NCBI GenBank assembly: GCA_951406725.2
Contig: OX597818.1
Location: 134,230,001 to 134,294,000, forward strand
Direction of reading: 5' to 3'
Length of the DNA stretch: 64,000 bases
From: Octopus vulgaris
Lineage: Eukaryota
Under the pieces are notes generated by a model, which was not told the origin of the DNA, ran no database searches, and worked only from the letters and a program-made list of their open reading frames with translations. The position numbers and the translations under genes are program-made. Within the stretch, counting starts at the first letter, position 1; each line of letters opens with the position of its first letter. This document shows positions 63,143-64,000 of the stretch, in pieces.

Positions 63143-63728
63143 TATATATATATATATATATATATATATGATTTGATTTTGATTTGATTTTTCCAGTTTC
63201 AGCTATATATATATCATGTGTTATGTGAATTTATGGATTTTTCCAGTTTCAGATATATATATATCATGTGTTATGTGAATTTATGGAAAGGTATCCCATA
63301 AAACTCAACAAATTTGTTAAAAATAGAGAAGAGAAATGTTGAAATTTAAGAGAATTTTAATTCATGTATACAATCATTTCAAACAACGATATTACAATCA
63401 TGCAAATTCATAGTTGAATAAGAAATATTAAATTAATTTAATTTAATTAAATTAATTATATATCATTTTTCTCCTCAGTGCAAGAAGTATAAACAAAAAA
63501 TTATTACAAATGACTTAATGAAGGGAATAGCAGAGAATGATCTTGGACATTCATATTTATCCTTATATGAAATACAAGCATCATAATAATGAGTGTGAGT
63601 CCTGTTAGGTATAAACAAAAACTAAGGCAACTAATGATAATTTGAAAATATAAGTGAAAAAGATTTTGTGAGACGTTCCCTCTATAGAAGATAAAGGAGA
63701 TAAGTGATTCTAACTCCAAACTGGACTT

Positions 63729-64000
63729 GGAAGCACTCCGTCGGTTCCGACGACGAGGGTTCCTGTTGATCTGAATCAACGGAACAGCCTGCTCGTGAAA
63801 TTAAGTCCCGGGGTCGATTTGCTCGACTAAAGGCGGTGCTCCAGCATGGCCGCAGTCAAATGACTGAAACAAGTAAAAGAGTAAAAGAGAATGCTAAAAT
63901 CGTAAATACAGAAAAAATGGTAACGAAACTAAAATCCGTTATAAGGGTTAAGTTGCCCAAGGAGATGTACGGTGATACTGTGAAAGCGATTTTAATCAAC
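63729..64000. mobile_element. Composite: SINE A tail (-), SINE C tail (+) and a copy of 54058-54166
   Basis: 63801-64000 aligns to 53971-54166 including the SINE/flank junction. Confidence 0.8.

Overview
AT-rich, repeat-dense animal genomic DNA. The SINE families and microsatellite style point to an octopus (inference). Two host genes are supported, both on the + strand. (1) The last two coding exons of the Golgi protein CASP (CUX1/CASP locus): 5928-6845 and 10148-10516. (2) The 5' part of an uncharacterised secreted or surface protein with an atypical Ig-like fold, assembled from three phase-compatible exons that the ORF track does not link (41036-41072, 56908-56949, 61941-62189); it continues beyond the window. 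Most of the rest is mobile DNA: several tRNA-derived SINE families, RTE, CR1, R4/Dong and L1/Tx1 LINE fragments, Penelope-like fragments, mariner, Merlin-like and piggyBac-like MITEs, tandem Helitron pieces, and a GC-rich gag-pro-RT-RNaseH LTR retroelement with inverted LTRs. Most notable: three minimal type-I hammerhead ribozyme motifs (two lie sense in introns of the two genes), a cryptic donor at the expected CUX/CASP branch point, SINE dimers that suggest self-targeting, the fold-back LTR element, and a twin-primed RTE insertion. All calls come from reading the sequence by eye; no searches were run.
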